Positions 1-12,434 of a stretch of 64,000 nucleotides of DNA are shown here, piece by piece. The notes under the pieces were generated by a model, which saw only the letters and a program-made list of their open reading frames with translations, was not told the DNA's origin and did no database searches. Source of the DNA: Oculina patagonica (lineage: Eukaryota); contig NC_135762.1 of assembly GCF_052425735.1 (NCBI RefSeq), positions 8,928,001-8,992,000 of the forward strand, written 5' to 3'. Every line of letters starts with the position of its first letter. The first letter of the stretch is position 1. A program made the translations under genes and the position numbers.

Positions 1-337
1 CCTTATATCTATTTAACGTTCCTCCTAGGACCACTAAAATTTAATAGACGCCCCAGGGGTTTATTAGATCATTAATTTTACGGTAATTTCCATTTTCCTT
101 GACATTTCATCAAAATGTCAAGTTTTCCTGACTCAAAATAAAATTCCCTGACCTTCAAGAAATTTATTTTCCCTGACCATTTCCTGATCTGTGGCAACCC
201 TGTCAAAGTACATGTAGGAAAGAAGGAGGCAGAGAATAAAAAAAGAAAACTCAATCTGCTCTCTACTCCACCCCATAAAAAATATTTAAAAACAAATAAA
301 ACAAATATCGTTGACCAGATGGATATATCCAACTTAC

Positions 338-3300
338 CAGTTCCTCAAGAGTAAAGATATCTCTGATGGAGTCCAGCTCATGGATAATCTGTTTGAACCA
401 AAGTTCGTAAGCTATAGGAAGTAAATTGCATGTCATTAATTAGAGCAAGTTTTGGCATCAACCCGTTGTCAACTGTAGATGTAAAATCTTGTAGCTAAAG
501 GGCACTTCAACAGAAGCATCAGCTAAAACATTAAAAATACCTTGGTGTGTCACAATGAAGAGGAGCTCGTCATGGACTGTTGCCTCGCCAAATTTGGTGC
601 TAGCTGGCTGCTGACAGTCAAGAAGTGTGTTCAACTGCAAGAGACAAAGTGGTAAAAATACAGGTCTTAAAACTTCTCTGAAAAAGAGTTCTAAGCACAT
701 CCATTTCATTTCTTTCACTCAGGATCAAAAATGAATGTATGAATGGACGCTTCAATTGTTTTATCACTACAAAAAATATGTATTTAGTTTGCAAAAAGAA
801 TCTATCTTCAAGTAGTGCAGCCAAAGACTGATTTCAAGCTTTTATACAGTACACGAACTCTGAGAATCTGAGATCTACAATTTCTTAACTTTGGTACAAT
901 GTACAACTGATCTACATAATGTACAGATACAGGGATAATTTAAATATTATTATTTATTATTATGTGATTATATCATTTATAATAAAGCATTAAGTACACT
1001 TTTTAAAACCTTGGCCTTCTGTAGACAATTAAATTATTAGCTGAAGGGTTGTACAAGGGAAAAGGCATGTTGACTTGATATAAACACATGAATTCTTAAT
1101 TTAACTAAGCCCATTTGCATTTGCTTTCAAAATTCTAAACACTACTACAAATTTGTTGGAAATCATGGCTCTACAGGAATTCTTGCCTCAAAGGCACAAA
1201 GAACAGGATACAATAAATTAAAAAATCATCAAACATATTTACCTAGAACGTTTTGGCTCATTAATACTTGATCAATAAAATACACATAGGATACCTTCTC
1301 GCTTAAATTATCTGAGATTTATTAAAACAAGATATAGATGTTATTTTAACTTCAATCAGTTTGAAAACATCTGTAAACAATTTACCGGTAATTACACTTC
1401 AAGTAAGTTGCATATATACATGTATATACAATGTTTGTACAAAAACTGATTGCTATATTAGTTTATAAGTGTCTCAACTGTGTTCAACGGATGTCAAAAC
1501 ATACTGTTTTATTATTAGATTACTTATGACATGTAGATCTCGGTTGGAAATGGAAATTACTTTCACTGGTAAACAACAACGTGCAAATTCAAGCACTAAC
1601 AGAAAACAAAACAACTTTAACAAAGACCAGATTAACTCCATATTCAACCCGTTTTTCAATTAAACTCCTAATAATCTTTAAAATATGTCTTCAAGTAAAA
1701 AACCAACTTTTGCTTTTTATAGCATCTTTTAAGGCTTTCTTTTTATTATTTATTAGCCAGAAAAAAAATACTCGAAACTGTAGAAAATAAGTGTTAGGTC
1801 CTTGCTATATTTTTTTTCTAGAATTTAAAGTAGAACTGTTATAAACAACAGTAAACAAAAGCCTTAATCCCTCTCATGAATAGTCTTTGGCATTGTTTGG
1901 CTTGCTGATTTCCCCTGAGAATCATTACTTTGTCAACACTTAATCAGAAAACGATTATAAATTCATAAAGGTTTCCAAGGCTGTCTGGCTTTGTTGACGA
2001 TAGATTAACTATCAATTACCATGTCCCTCACATTAGAAAAGCATTCTTTCAAGTTTACGTTGGTTGGTAGCACACTGGTTGGAAAAAGTTACCTACTTGC
2101 CATGTGTTGAAAGGCAAGGACAGTTTTTTGAGAAAGAAATGAGCCTTGTTTTAAAGTTGGATTAAAACAACTCAGGCAGTTTTTTACCCACGAAAAGACC
2201 TCTACATCGGCAAGTTTAAGAAAAGTAAACTTTTAAATTAGATTCTTATGAACTGGGCAATTTCAGAGATATTGCTTGTGAATTCTTGACTGTACAGTAC
2301 AAGGTTTCTTCACATCTATGTGAAAACAGCACCAGTCAGAAGAGAAGACATGGATCTGAGCCAAAGATTACACGACTTTTAAAGTTAAACCAAAGTGCTA
2401 CTGATCAAGTTCTTTTGACATGAGGGACAGCCAGCCAAAATCAGAGTTGCACCAGCATATTAATGGCGGTAAAGACCCAAATTATCTTGTACGATCATGG
2501 GCGTCCAGATTAGGGACAGTCACACAAGGACATAAGGTCCCAAAGTCTGACTATCGCAGCAAATGGCTTCAAAGATTGAACCGTGTTGAACTGATACAAA
2601 ATGTAGAAGTGCAACAGACATTGAGAAATATGATGAGCATACTAAAAGCTGGCGATGAGCTTATGCAAAATGCGGACAGTGCCAATGAGTTTGCCGAAAA
2701 AAGAAGGATCCAGAAATGTCACCAAACTGTGTGCAAGATTAGAGCCGAGAGTGAGTTGAGAAAGAGCTCAACAAATCTGCCAACAAAGGGTCAAGATGAT
2801 TTAGAAATGAAACTTTTGCATGAAAGAGGTACTGTCAGAAGGAATAGCAAAGAGAAAATAAATTTGCCAGCCACATTACTTGTAGACAATGCAAAGATGA
2901 ACAGAAAGTTTACAAAAAGCACAAAGATCTCTCATCATGATGACTTGGATGAAACAGGTGCAGAGAGTACTCATAACAATAAACTTTCCATGAGTCACGG
3001 AGAAAATCAATGTGAAAGAAAGGAGTTTTTGCCACCAATTCCCGAAGCAAGTCAAGAAAAACAACTTATTACTTCCCACAGAGAAAGGAAAAAACATAAT
3101 AACCATTCCTTACCTACTCTAGATACAGAAAGCAAATTTAGCATCATAAAAAGAACAAGAGAGCTTCGGAATGAGCGTGACATGCAGATTGAAAACCAAA
3201 ACCTGTCATCAATGACTTTTCAGCTACAAAGAAAGTACTCGAAGGCAAGAAACATTTCTCGGAAGATAGAAATCTTTGGAGATAACAGAAAACTTCTCAC

Positions 3301-6300
3301 TGAAGAATCAAAAGTTGTCAATGAGAACAAAGCAACTGTATTGCCTTTGTTAGACAGTAAATCATTTAGTGAAATTGATTGCAATGATTTTCTGAATTTA
3401 AAGAACCGACTGGATGGTCTGTCACCAGCACCTGCCGTCTTGGATCATAAGTTACACTGGCCGACCAGGACTAAAGATACAATGTAAATATTATTAATCA
3501 AAACACAACATTCTTTTTTCCAAATTTGCTGTCACAGTAACAAAAAATAGTTATAAAATTCACAGCAGTGTGTTTGAATTTATAACCAAGGGTCGACAGT
3601 TCTATGAATGAGTTAGAGAGCACTATTGTCAGTAATGTCAGTATTGTCCAGTTAGAGCAAAAAAAATAAAGATTGAGTCCTGAACCTTACAAGTACAAAT
3701 GAATGTAGAGACTGATTTCAAACCAAAATGCAAGTTAGCATTTTGTTACGATTCATTTTTAGAAGAAATGATTTCCTTGCTACAGATGTAGCTGAGCCTG
3801 CGAAAGAGGCAAGAAATGATTGAATTTCTCTCACACTGAACAGGGGACCCTTAAGCTTGGTTCGAGTCAAATTGTCAGTTTCCTCATGTGCAACAATTTC
3901 TTGTCCTTGCCATCAGTGCAACTCAATAAAGTGCTGTAGTGTTGTATTGCTGTGTCGCAGACAAAAGGCATTCAATGTGAGAGAAGTATCCATAATATGG
4001 CATGTTAAAAATGTCTCAAGTGAAGTGTTTTTATGTGGCTGGAACAATGAATGTAAAGTGTCCACTTACAGAAGGTGTTCTTTAACAGATTGAGATTCAA
4101 CTGCATACTATTAATTGAGAAAATACGTGAAGACGTTGTTGTATTTGCAATTATCTGTGATGTGATCAAGAGTTGAGAATTGAGTTTCAAGTGTTGAGAA
4201 ACAAGTTTTTCAAATAAAAAATATGTAGACTCAAAAAGAATTTCAAGAAAATGATTTAGTTCTCGAAGAAAGAACAATAAAGGCATTTGAATATACATGT
4301 ATATTAAAAACTAGCCATGGTATATTGCAAATCCTAATTTTTGATTGGTTTACAGGACATGGTACATCTATGCCAACTCTCCCGGATTATCCGGGAGTCT
4401 CCCGAATACAGGCTGAATCTCCCGGTCTCCCGTACGGGTCATCAAATCTCCCGGATGCGAAGGAAATTTCTAAAAAATACGTGTTTTCACACTTATTTTG
4501 GCCGATTCTGGGAGAAAACTTGAAAATATTTGACGTATTTTTGTGGATGACTCGGTGAAGCTTAATTTTTTACGCAGTTTTCGAGTTTGAGAAGAGGTGT
4601 CTTTACGCAAAATTGGTGGTCTCCCGGATCTCGTTTTTTTTAGGTTGGCATCTCTGATGGTATATGAGCTCATATACCATTCATTTTAATATGGTAGCTA
4701 ATTCGCATCAACTGAAAGAGTTGAGGAGCTTAAATATTGCAATTTTTTGGCCGTTTTTATTCCACAGGCGCTTGTTGGATATGAAAACATTATAGCCAAC
4801 TTGGTGCTACACACCTCATTAGCTATCTACCATCTCATATCCAATGCATGCTTGTGGTATAATTATTAAGTTTACCACAAGAAAGTGTTGTGTAACTACA
4901 TCTATTTTATAAGAAAAAAAAAATTACACCATGCCAAAGAAAATATGCTCACTATTTAAATTTCATTGAGAATAAGATCGCAGCACACAAATAGGTTGGG
5001 TTGAATGCTGTCGAATATACAACAGCTTTCCTGTATTGTGATTGGCTGTATTTTGTATAGCATGGCATAAATGTATGAAGATCATAGGCATGTTATATCT
5101 ACCCACCCCCACCACCTGTTCTGATCTATTGTAAAGAAATGTCTTTTTAAGATGTACACTAACAGCACTATACCATTCATTTCCAGGCTAGTTTAAGCTC
5201 TCAAAATGTTGGGGCCGAAATCTACCAATTTCAAAGCTGTTACAGTGGAACCCCGATAAAACGATCTTCGATATAACGATATTCCCGATATAACGATGAA
5301 TATGTTATGTCCCGGCAAAAGTAAAATGTATGGCACGGAGCTCCGATATAACGATTCCTCGATATAACGATATAATTTTACTGCCCCCTTGGCATATCGT
5401 TATATCGGGGTTCCACTGTAATTCCGTCAAGCAAATCCTTTTGGTTTGCAGCAGATTATAATTTAAGAATTATTTTTTTAAAAAAGAGATTGGCTGTGGT
5501 ATTGTATGTTCTTTCAAGAATATTCTCATTTAATATTAATAACTTTAAACTATAACAACATTAACACATTTTTCGGACAGATACTAACAGGAAAAATTAC
5601 AGAAATGTAATATCGGGGGTTAGAAAAATTTAAAAAATCTCTGAGAGGACAGAAAAATAATGTTTAAAATTGAATTTATCATCTTAAAATAATTTGCAAG
5701 CTTATAATGTCCTATTGTCTTAAAAGTCTTGCTTTTGATGTCTAAATACGCTTAATAAGCATAAATTAAAACGATTAGCACTTAAAAGAAATGAGCTTTA
5801 CATGTAGTTCCTTTAATAATTACAAAGATTTTTATTTAAGTGCATCACACCATTATATTTTTGAGTACGTAATGCATGTAATTTAAAATCCAGCGTTCCG
5901 AAATTCATCTGCCATTGTTATATATATTATGTTTTGGATGAACAGAAGTTTTAAGACACGAGTTAATATTTTCCTCAGATCAACGTTGTTATCATTTAGT
6001 CCAGGCTTAAATAATTCGCAACAGGGAACTAACGATAAGGAAGTCTCGTATACATGTGTGATTAATATTCCGAAAACATGGCGTAATTTGATCGATATAT
6101 TACTGCAGACATTGTTTACATTGCGTATGCCCAAGACTTGAACTATCGTACCACTTTGAAGTATTTATTGACCACATAGACTTCAGCCTACAGCTTTAAG
6201 ACTAGTACAAATACATTTCCATGCTAACTCACATGCACAAAGATCGACCAAGAACTAACAAAACGTAAGAGAAACGTAAAACCGTAGACTTCGTACTTCG

Positions 6301-6620
6301 AATTCACGTTCCAGCATCATGCTGCTTACGTAATGGCGAAAAACGTAAATCGCCCGGGATTTTGCGTACTCCAGCAAAGATGGAGGTTATCTTTACAAGC
6401 GTTAACTACACCATTTAGCTAGCTAACGGACGAGATCTCAAACCTGTAGATATTCGCCGTAGTTCATTCGCTTCTCATCGCCAGGTAGTTTCACCGGTGC
6501 ACTCGCCTCGCCGGCGCTGTAAACACAAAATACTCGCATCAACGTTTGATTGATAAAACGTAGCATAAGCAACAAATCAAGGAAGCTTTCTTACCTATCG
6601 TGAGCGTAAGGACAACTCAT
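338..6620 (-). CDS. TDO2: Tryptophan 2,3-dioxygenase, 5' part; coding exons 6620-6595, 6516-6444, 634-541, 411-338; gene continues left of the window
   Basis: Manual splicing with GT..AG boundaries and consistent phases (26+73+94+74 nt) gives [89 protein letters not shown]. This contains the TDO signature HDE.[14 protein letters not shown], the YxxYL motif and an MSCPY start like insect vermilion. Confidence 0.96.
2420..3487 (+). CDS. Uncharacterised 355-aa hydrophilic protein nested antisense in TDO intron 2
   Basis: 1068-nt ATG-initiated stop-free ORF in AT-rich DNA; rich in K/E/N/S; no transposon or other motif recognised; AATAAA near 3664. Confidence 0.7.
   Translation: MRDSQPKSELHQHINGGKDPNYLVRSWASRLGTVTQGHKVPKSDYRSKWLQRLNRVELIQNVEVQQTLRNMMSILKAGDELMQNADSANEFAEKRRIQKCHQTVCKIRAESELRKSSTNLPTKGQDDLEMKLLHERGTVRRNSKEKINLPATLLVDNAKMNRKFTKSTKISHHDDLDETGAESTHNNKLSMSHGENQCERKEFLPPIPEASQEKQLITSHRERKKHNNHSLPTLDTESKFSIIKRTRELRNERDMQIENQNLSSMTFQLQRKYSKARNISRKIEIFGDNRKLLTEESKVVNENKATVLPLLDSKSFSEIDCNDFLNLKNRLDGLSPAPAVLDHKLHWPTRTKDTM
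4365..4656. mobile_element. MITE (non-autonomous DNA transposon)
   Basis: Imperfect TIRs CATCTATGCCAAC / GTTGGCATCTCTG, internal CTCCCG repeats, flanking direct repeat ATGGTA (4359-64 and 4657-62). Confidence 0.75.
5243..5418. mobile_element. Tc1/mariner(pogo)-type MITE
   Basis: TIR CAGTGGAACCCCGATA / TATCGGGGTTCCACTG, TA on both sides, internal CGATATAACGA repeats. Confidence 0.9.
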
Positions 6621-7284
6621 GGTGTTGAGCAATTTGTCTAAAACTTTGGAATGACAAAGCGTGTATAAACCTCCCCTTACAAAGCGCGCGCAACAAACCG
6701 TGACAAACTCGTGGTTTCCTGGGCCATGTTGACGCAGCTGGGCGGCACTGGGGGCGTGAATGGGGGCGTGACAAATGCTCCAAATTGACACCCCCGCCAA
6801 AGCCCAAAGGGTCTATATCTGGTGCCACATAAGACTCCCTTTACAAAGTAAAAGAAAAAGTTCTTGGCATGGCATCAGCAGAAAATTAGGCGCTCTTATA
6901 TAAAAATTAAAACTATCGTATACATTTTTTAGATGTTAGGTTGATCAGATGCGTTTCGCTCGTCTTACGACCGTTTAAATTTGTTTTAGAAACATAGAAA
7001 AGGAAAATAAAGCAAACCAGACATCAAATTTGCATCACTGTGAACAAATCAATAATGCCAAATCTTGTCAATATCCCAATAAAAAATTGCAAAAACCAAT
7101 TCGTGGGAGACACAGTGCTTTCCTTTGTTTTCAGTTTTTAATTAATTCTCTATCACCTTGCTCCTCATTTTTATTACCAGGATAAGGACATAAGTTTTCG
7201 ACTTGTATCAAAGTGTTGGAAACTCAGGTGATAGACAATGAATAACTATAATTTTAGTCTCGACTGTCTGCCTTTCTGAAAACA

Positions 7285-7645
7285 AGATGTTGAAACTTTC
7301 AACATCTTACAGAGGGGCAGTGCTCTGGAACCTCTTACCTGGAGAGTGTCACGAGGTGATGTCCCTCAGGAGTTTTATGACAATGACCGACAAGTGGAAC
7401 ATAATTAAAAAAAAACAATTTTAACAATCTTTATTGTAAGAGATCTTAGCGCTTTTTATTTTTTTATCATTGTAGCAATTTTAGCAATTTATCTATTTTT
7501 AGCTTAGCTTTTTAGCTTTTTGCCTTTTATAGTTCTAATGTTTTTATCTACTAGTTTTAATGTTTTATTTACACACGACCCCACAAGCTATGTAGCTTTT
7601 TATCCCATCGTGTATAAATAAAGGTTTTGATTTGATTTTGATTTG
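7285..7645 (+). mobile_element. CR1/L2-type LINE 3' end
   Basis: Encodes YRGAVLWNLLP (typical LINE C-terminus), then a T-rich 3' UTR, AATAAA and a (TTTGA)n tail; absent from paralogous flank copies. Confidence 0.6.
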
Positions 7646-8232
7646 AGATCCAATAATGGATTCGTGGAAGGTAAATACATTCATGAAAAGCCATTGAATT
7701 AGACACAGCATACTGATAACACAACCTCCATCAATCATTCATTCAATCATTCAATTTATTAATGTCATGGCACTGGATGAGGTTGCCCTCTCTATCCGAG
7801 CCAGAGGCTCATGTAAAAAGCGCATAAAAATAATTAAAATATATTATCAAAACAATGGGAACTAGTATAGCATGATGACTCGCTAATATTCATCTTGGAA
7901 CAACAGAATGACCTCTTGTGAGCATGCAATGGATAATTGAAAAAAATTATATCCACTTTTCAAATGAAAGTAACAAAGGCTAATAGGAATCCTGTTTTGC
8001 TATCCTACATGGCTTTTAAGGCTTATTACTAAAAGGTATTGTCTTTTCACAGTATGATTGTGCTTTTCATGAGGATACATTCAGTGAAATTGCGACAGAT
8101 GTTGCAAAGTCGTACTTTTATTAAAACGCAAAATACCTTGGTCCCTTTGCGTTTGCATAGTCAAATTCAAAATCGTTGTACTTCTTGTCGATTCTGGTAC
8201 CAAACCCTTATCTCCAGACCTTTGTAGCAGCA

Positions 8233-8304
8233 ATGGAAGACACGCAAGATACAAGAAGCCTGCCGGCAGTCATCAAACACACTGTTATTCTTGCAGCTAC
8301 GACA
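8233..8304 (+). pseudogene. A-type GPCR relic (N-terminus only)
   Basis: MEDTQDTRSLPAVIKHTVILAATT is near-identical to the 12435 start, then the sequence jumps to sequence matching the 3' flank of that gene (about 13710). Confidence 0.9.
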
Positions 8305-9124
8305 CAGGAAAGAAGAGCTCAGCATCAAAACCCGCCATGTATGAATCATGAAAAAACTCACCAAGCAGAAAGACCAGTTGAAGAGGATAAGGAGAATATT
8401 TTAAATAACTACTGAATTGGCCAGCACCGTATCAGATTCTGCAATCATCCCGAAAGCCCAGTCTTTGTTGGACGTTAACATTGCTTACAAGGATGGACAT
8501 CACGCTGATGCAAATGCAAGAACTCCCGGGGAAAATACTCTTTACCACCTGCGAAAAACTGAACACTGCACCTGAGGCAGGAATTGACACTACCGCGTTC
8601 TCCAGACACAGCGCCAGACCTGCTACTACTTCTTATCGTGCTCGCAGCGGACTGACAGTGAAGGTGATTCATGATCAGAAGCGGGCGGCTGGTCCAATGT
8701 TCAGACTTTTGCCAAGCACTATCACAAACCCATCAAAAGGAACTTTAAAGCCAGTGTTAAAAAAGAACGTTTCTAAGGGACCTACAGTCGTTAGCTATGT
8801 TAGTTTAAATTCAAAGTTTTCTTCTATGATTTCCTTTTTCACATTTGTCACGCCACATTGTTAGCGTTTGGAATATGTCTGCGTTGTATATAACGGTCTG
8901 GCATATGCAGATAATAAATACACCTCAGCTTTAGTTGTTCTTCCTTGTTTATTTTCTGGGGCTCTCGTGACCAGGTCTTTCAAATCACATGTAGCTAACT
9001 GCTTGGCTGTAACTAGAACTGGTAACGAGGTAGAATTCAAAGTTAAACTAGACTTACATTACATTAAGTCGATGTTTGACTGGAATTCGATCTCGTCATC
9101 AGTCGGGAACGAAGGAGTTACAAG

Positions 9125-9265
9125 CCATGAGGTGGTCCATGAACCAGGTCCACGGCTGCGTTACATGGACTGAGCCCATAAGAGTGGTCCATGGACCGAA
9201 CCCATTAGGTAGTCCATGAACCAGGTCCACGGGGGTTTTCCATGAGGTGGTCCATAGACCTGGCC
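9125..9265. repeat. Short imperfect tandem repeat (GGTCCATG(A/G)ACC units)
   Basis: Four to five GGTCCATG(A/G)ACC-like units visible; probably part of a MITE. Confidence 0.6.
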
Positions 9266-10792
9266 CACAAGGGTGTTTCTTGTATTGGGACTATGGGTTG
9301 GTCATGGACTTGGATCCAGGTTTTGTATACGTCCTGGGCAAAAGCATATTTGCCATTATTTTAGGGATATTCGTCTTTTACTATTTACTTTAGCTTGCGG
9401 TCCCCTAAGAAATGCATGTAGCGTAGAAGACGAGTCTCCTTTTCTTCCTAACGCAGGCGATGACAAGACAATGTGGAGAGTTACCATCCCTGTCGGGGCC
9501 CATATGCTTTGAAAGTTACTTTCAAGGAAAAACAGTAATACGGCTCTTTTTCTTTAATTTCATTTTGGCAATTTGGTATATAGGCTACCATTCTACATCA
9601 ATCTGCATTTTGCATTACGCCACAGACTATCAGATCCTTTTTGGTAAGAACCACTCAGAAAAAGCACTTTGAGGCTGAGAAAGGCTAATTGATTCTTGGA
9701 CATCCAAAGAGCATACCCAAAGTTGATACGAACTTTATTTTTTCCTATCTATTGTCAACTGAAGACAAATATTTGTACAAAAAGAATCAATCTTTATTCA
9801 TATCCAACCTTGAACCAACATTATTGTCAACACCCGTCAGTGACGTGAACTCGGAGCTAATTTCAAGTACTGCAGTACCACTTCGTTTTTAAAATTTAGA
9901 AAAGAAAAAGATCGTTAAGAACATTTTCAGGATCAATTTAGCAAAACGTTAAGAATGTTCAGCCCCGGCAGAAAATGAGACGATTTTATATAAGTAAAAA
10001 AGAGCTTATACACGTTATAGATCACATGTGTTTCGCTTGTCTTGGGGTCGTTTCCATTTGCTTTAGCAAAATAGAAAAGGAAATTGAAGTAAAATAGGCA
10101 TCAAACTGGCATCAGTGTCAACAAATAATGCCAAATCTTGTCAATATCCCCACAAAATAGCAAAAACCAATTTGTAGGAGATCTTGTGGTGCCCTTTCTT
10201 TTTTAGTTTTTAATTAATCTTCTATCACCTTGTTCTTCATTTTTGTGCCAGCGTGACGGTATAAGGTTTTGACGTGTATTTAGTGTTATTGAACTTTCGG
10301 CAACTCACTTTATATACAACGAATCACTTTTTAGTCTCGACCTTCTGTCTTTCTGAAAACAAGATCAAGTGACCTCTTTGAAAAGGGTAGATTTCAAAGT
10401 CATTTTCTTCAAAAGAGCATGCTGATTCCACAACCTTGATAACTTGGGCGAATGTCCATTGAAAAAATATAAAAGAAAATCGAACAAATCTCGTAATCAT
10501 CGATGGACATTTACAAAACTTGTTGTAGCTAACATTCTCAATTACAAAAGCCACTAGAAATGTCCCCGAGAAATCCAGCTTTCGTACCCTACATGAGTTT
10601 TAAGCCTACTTCTAAAAGCTATTATCTTTAATGGCAGTAAAACTGTCCTTTTCTGAAAGATACATTAAAAGTGAGACAGGTGTTCCAATACCTCAGTCGC
10701 TTTTAGTTTGTAAAGACCGAACAAATTTTATTAAATTTAAATTCGTTGTACTTCTGGCACCAAATCATCTCCAAAGTCTTTTTTGAAGACTT

Positions 10793-10977
10793 TTGAAAGA
10801 TACAAGAAGCCTGCCGGCCGTTATCGTACACACAGTTATCCTTGCAGCTTCGACACTTTTGTCACTCACAGGCAACTCGCTCATTTGCCTTGCTTTCTAT
10901 TCTCTCTTTCTATTTCTATTTTTGCTGCTGTCATTGGATTTTGTATCTCCTGGATTCCTACTGCCGCAGTACTATTT
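10793..10977 (+). pseudogene. A-type GPCR relic with internal deletion (TM1 joined to TM6)
   Basis: DTRSLPAVIVHTVILAASTLLSLTGNSLICLAFY, then a short pyrimidine filler, then FAAVIGFCISWIPTAAVLF in another frame; no ATG. Confidence 0.9.
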
Positions 10978-12434
10978 TTTTTTTTACTATCTTTCATACC
11001 CACAAGGGTTTTTTCTTGTATTGGGTTCACAGGAGTGGTATTGGGTTCACATGAGTTGGTCATGGACTTGAATCCATGTTTTGTATGCGTCCTGGGTAGA
11101 AGCATGTTTCCATTATTTTAGGAATATTCGTCTATTACTATTCATTTTAGCTTGCGGTCCCCTAAGATCTGCATGCACCTTAGAAGGGGAGCTTCATTTC
11201 TTCCTAACACAGGTGATGACAAGACAATGTAGAGAGTTACCATCCCTGTCTCGGCCCATATCCTTTTAAAGTTTAATTCAGTGAAAAAAAGGTTATCCAA
11301 CTTTTTTCTTTCATTTTGCCAACTTGGTATATAGGCTACCATTCTGCATCAATCTGCATCTTGCATTACGCCACAGACTATCTGTGTTCCTCTTTGGTAG
11401 GAACGCCACTTTTACAAAAACGTTGAGGCTGAGAAAAGCTAATCGATTCTTGAACATCCTAAGTGCATACCCAAGGCTAACATTTGGGTCAGAACGAACT
11501 TTATTTTTCCTATCTATTGTGAAAGACAAATATTTGTACTAAATGAATCAATCCTTATTCAAATCCAGCCTAGAACCAACATTGTCAACACCCGTCAGTG
11601 CCGTGAACTCGGAGCTAATTTCAAGTACTGCAGTACCACTTCGATTTTAATTAGACCCTCTTAAAAAAGAGTTTATGCACGTTTTAGGATCCTCTTTTAG
11701 AGCTTGATCAGATGCGTTTCGCTCGTCTTGGGGTCATTTATTTACATTTGTTTTAGAAAAATAGAAAAGCAAATTAAATTAAAAGGGTAAACAAATTTGC
11801 ATTAGTGTGAACAAATAATGCCAAATCTTGTCAATATCCCCCCAAAAATTGCAAAAATTAATTAGTAGGACATGCTGACATGCATTAAAGTGTCATTGAG
11901 CTTTTGACAACTCATCTCATAGACAACGAATACTATTTTAAACTCGACTTTCCGTCATTCTGAAAACAAGATCCAATGATCGTGATGCATTCGTAAAAGA
12001 TCCAAAAAGAATTCATCGAATTCGACACAGCATGCGGATGGCATAACCTCACTCCGCGAGTATGAAAGCTCGCGTCAATACTTATCTTGTTATAACAGAA
12101 GGACCTATCGTGAGCATCGATGGATAATTTTTAAAAACATTATATCTACCATTTCCTATTATGAGCTCAAATGAAAGTAACAGAAGCTAATAGAAATTTT
12201 GTTTACCTTTTCAACATGGCTTTTAAGGCATTTCACTAGTATTGAAGTTTTCGTAAAGATACATTAAGTATAATTGCGACAGGTGTTGCAAAACAGTATT
12301 GTTTTTGAAACACAAAGTACCTTAGTCGTTTTGTGTTTGCATAGACCGAACAAACTTTGTCAAATTTAAATTCGTTGTACTTCTGGCACCCAATCATAAT
12401 CTCAAAGTTTTCTTTGTAGACCTTTGCAGCAGCA

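Noticed and set aside
458-718. 86-aa ORF as a standalone protein
   Set aside because: It is TDO exon 3 read through into its flanking introns.
4069-4101. Possible extra 31-nt minus-strand exon (cag|TTGAATC...CTTCT|gtaagt) in TDO intron 2
   Set aside because: It would shift the TDO frame; exons 2 and 3 already join in phase with no gap in homology.
9125-9265. CRISPR-like repeat/spacer array
   Set aside because: Eukaryotic context, degenerate irregular units and no cas genes.
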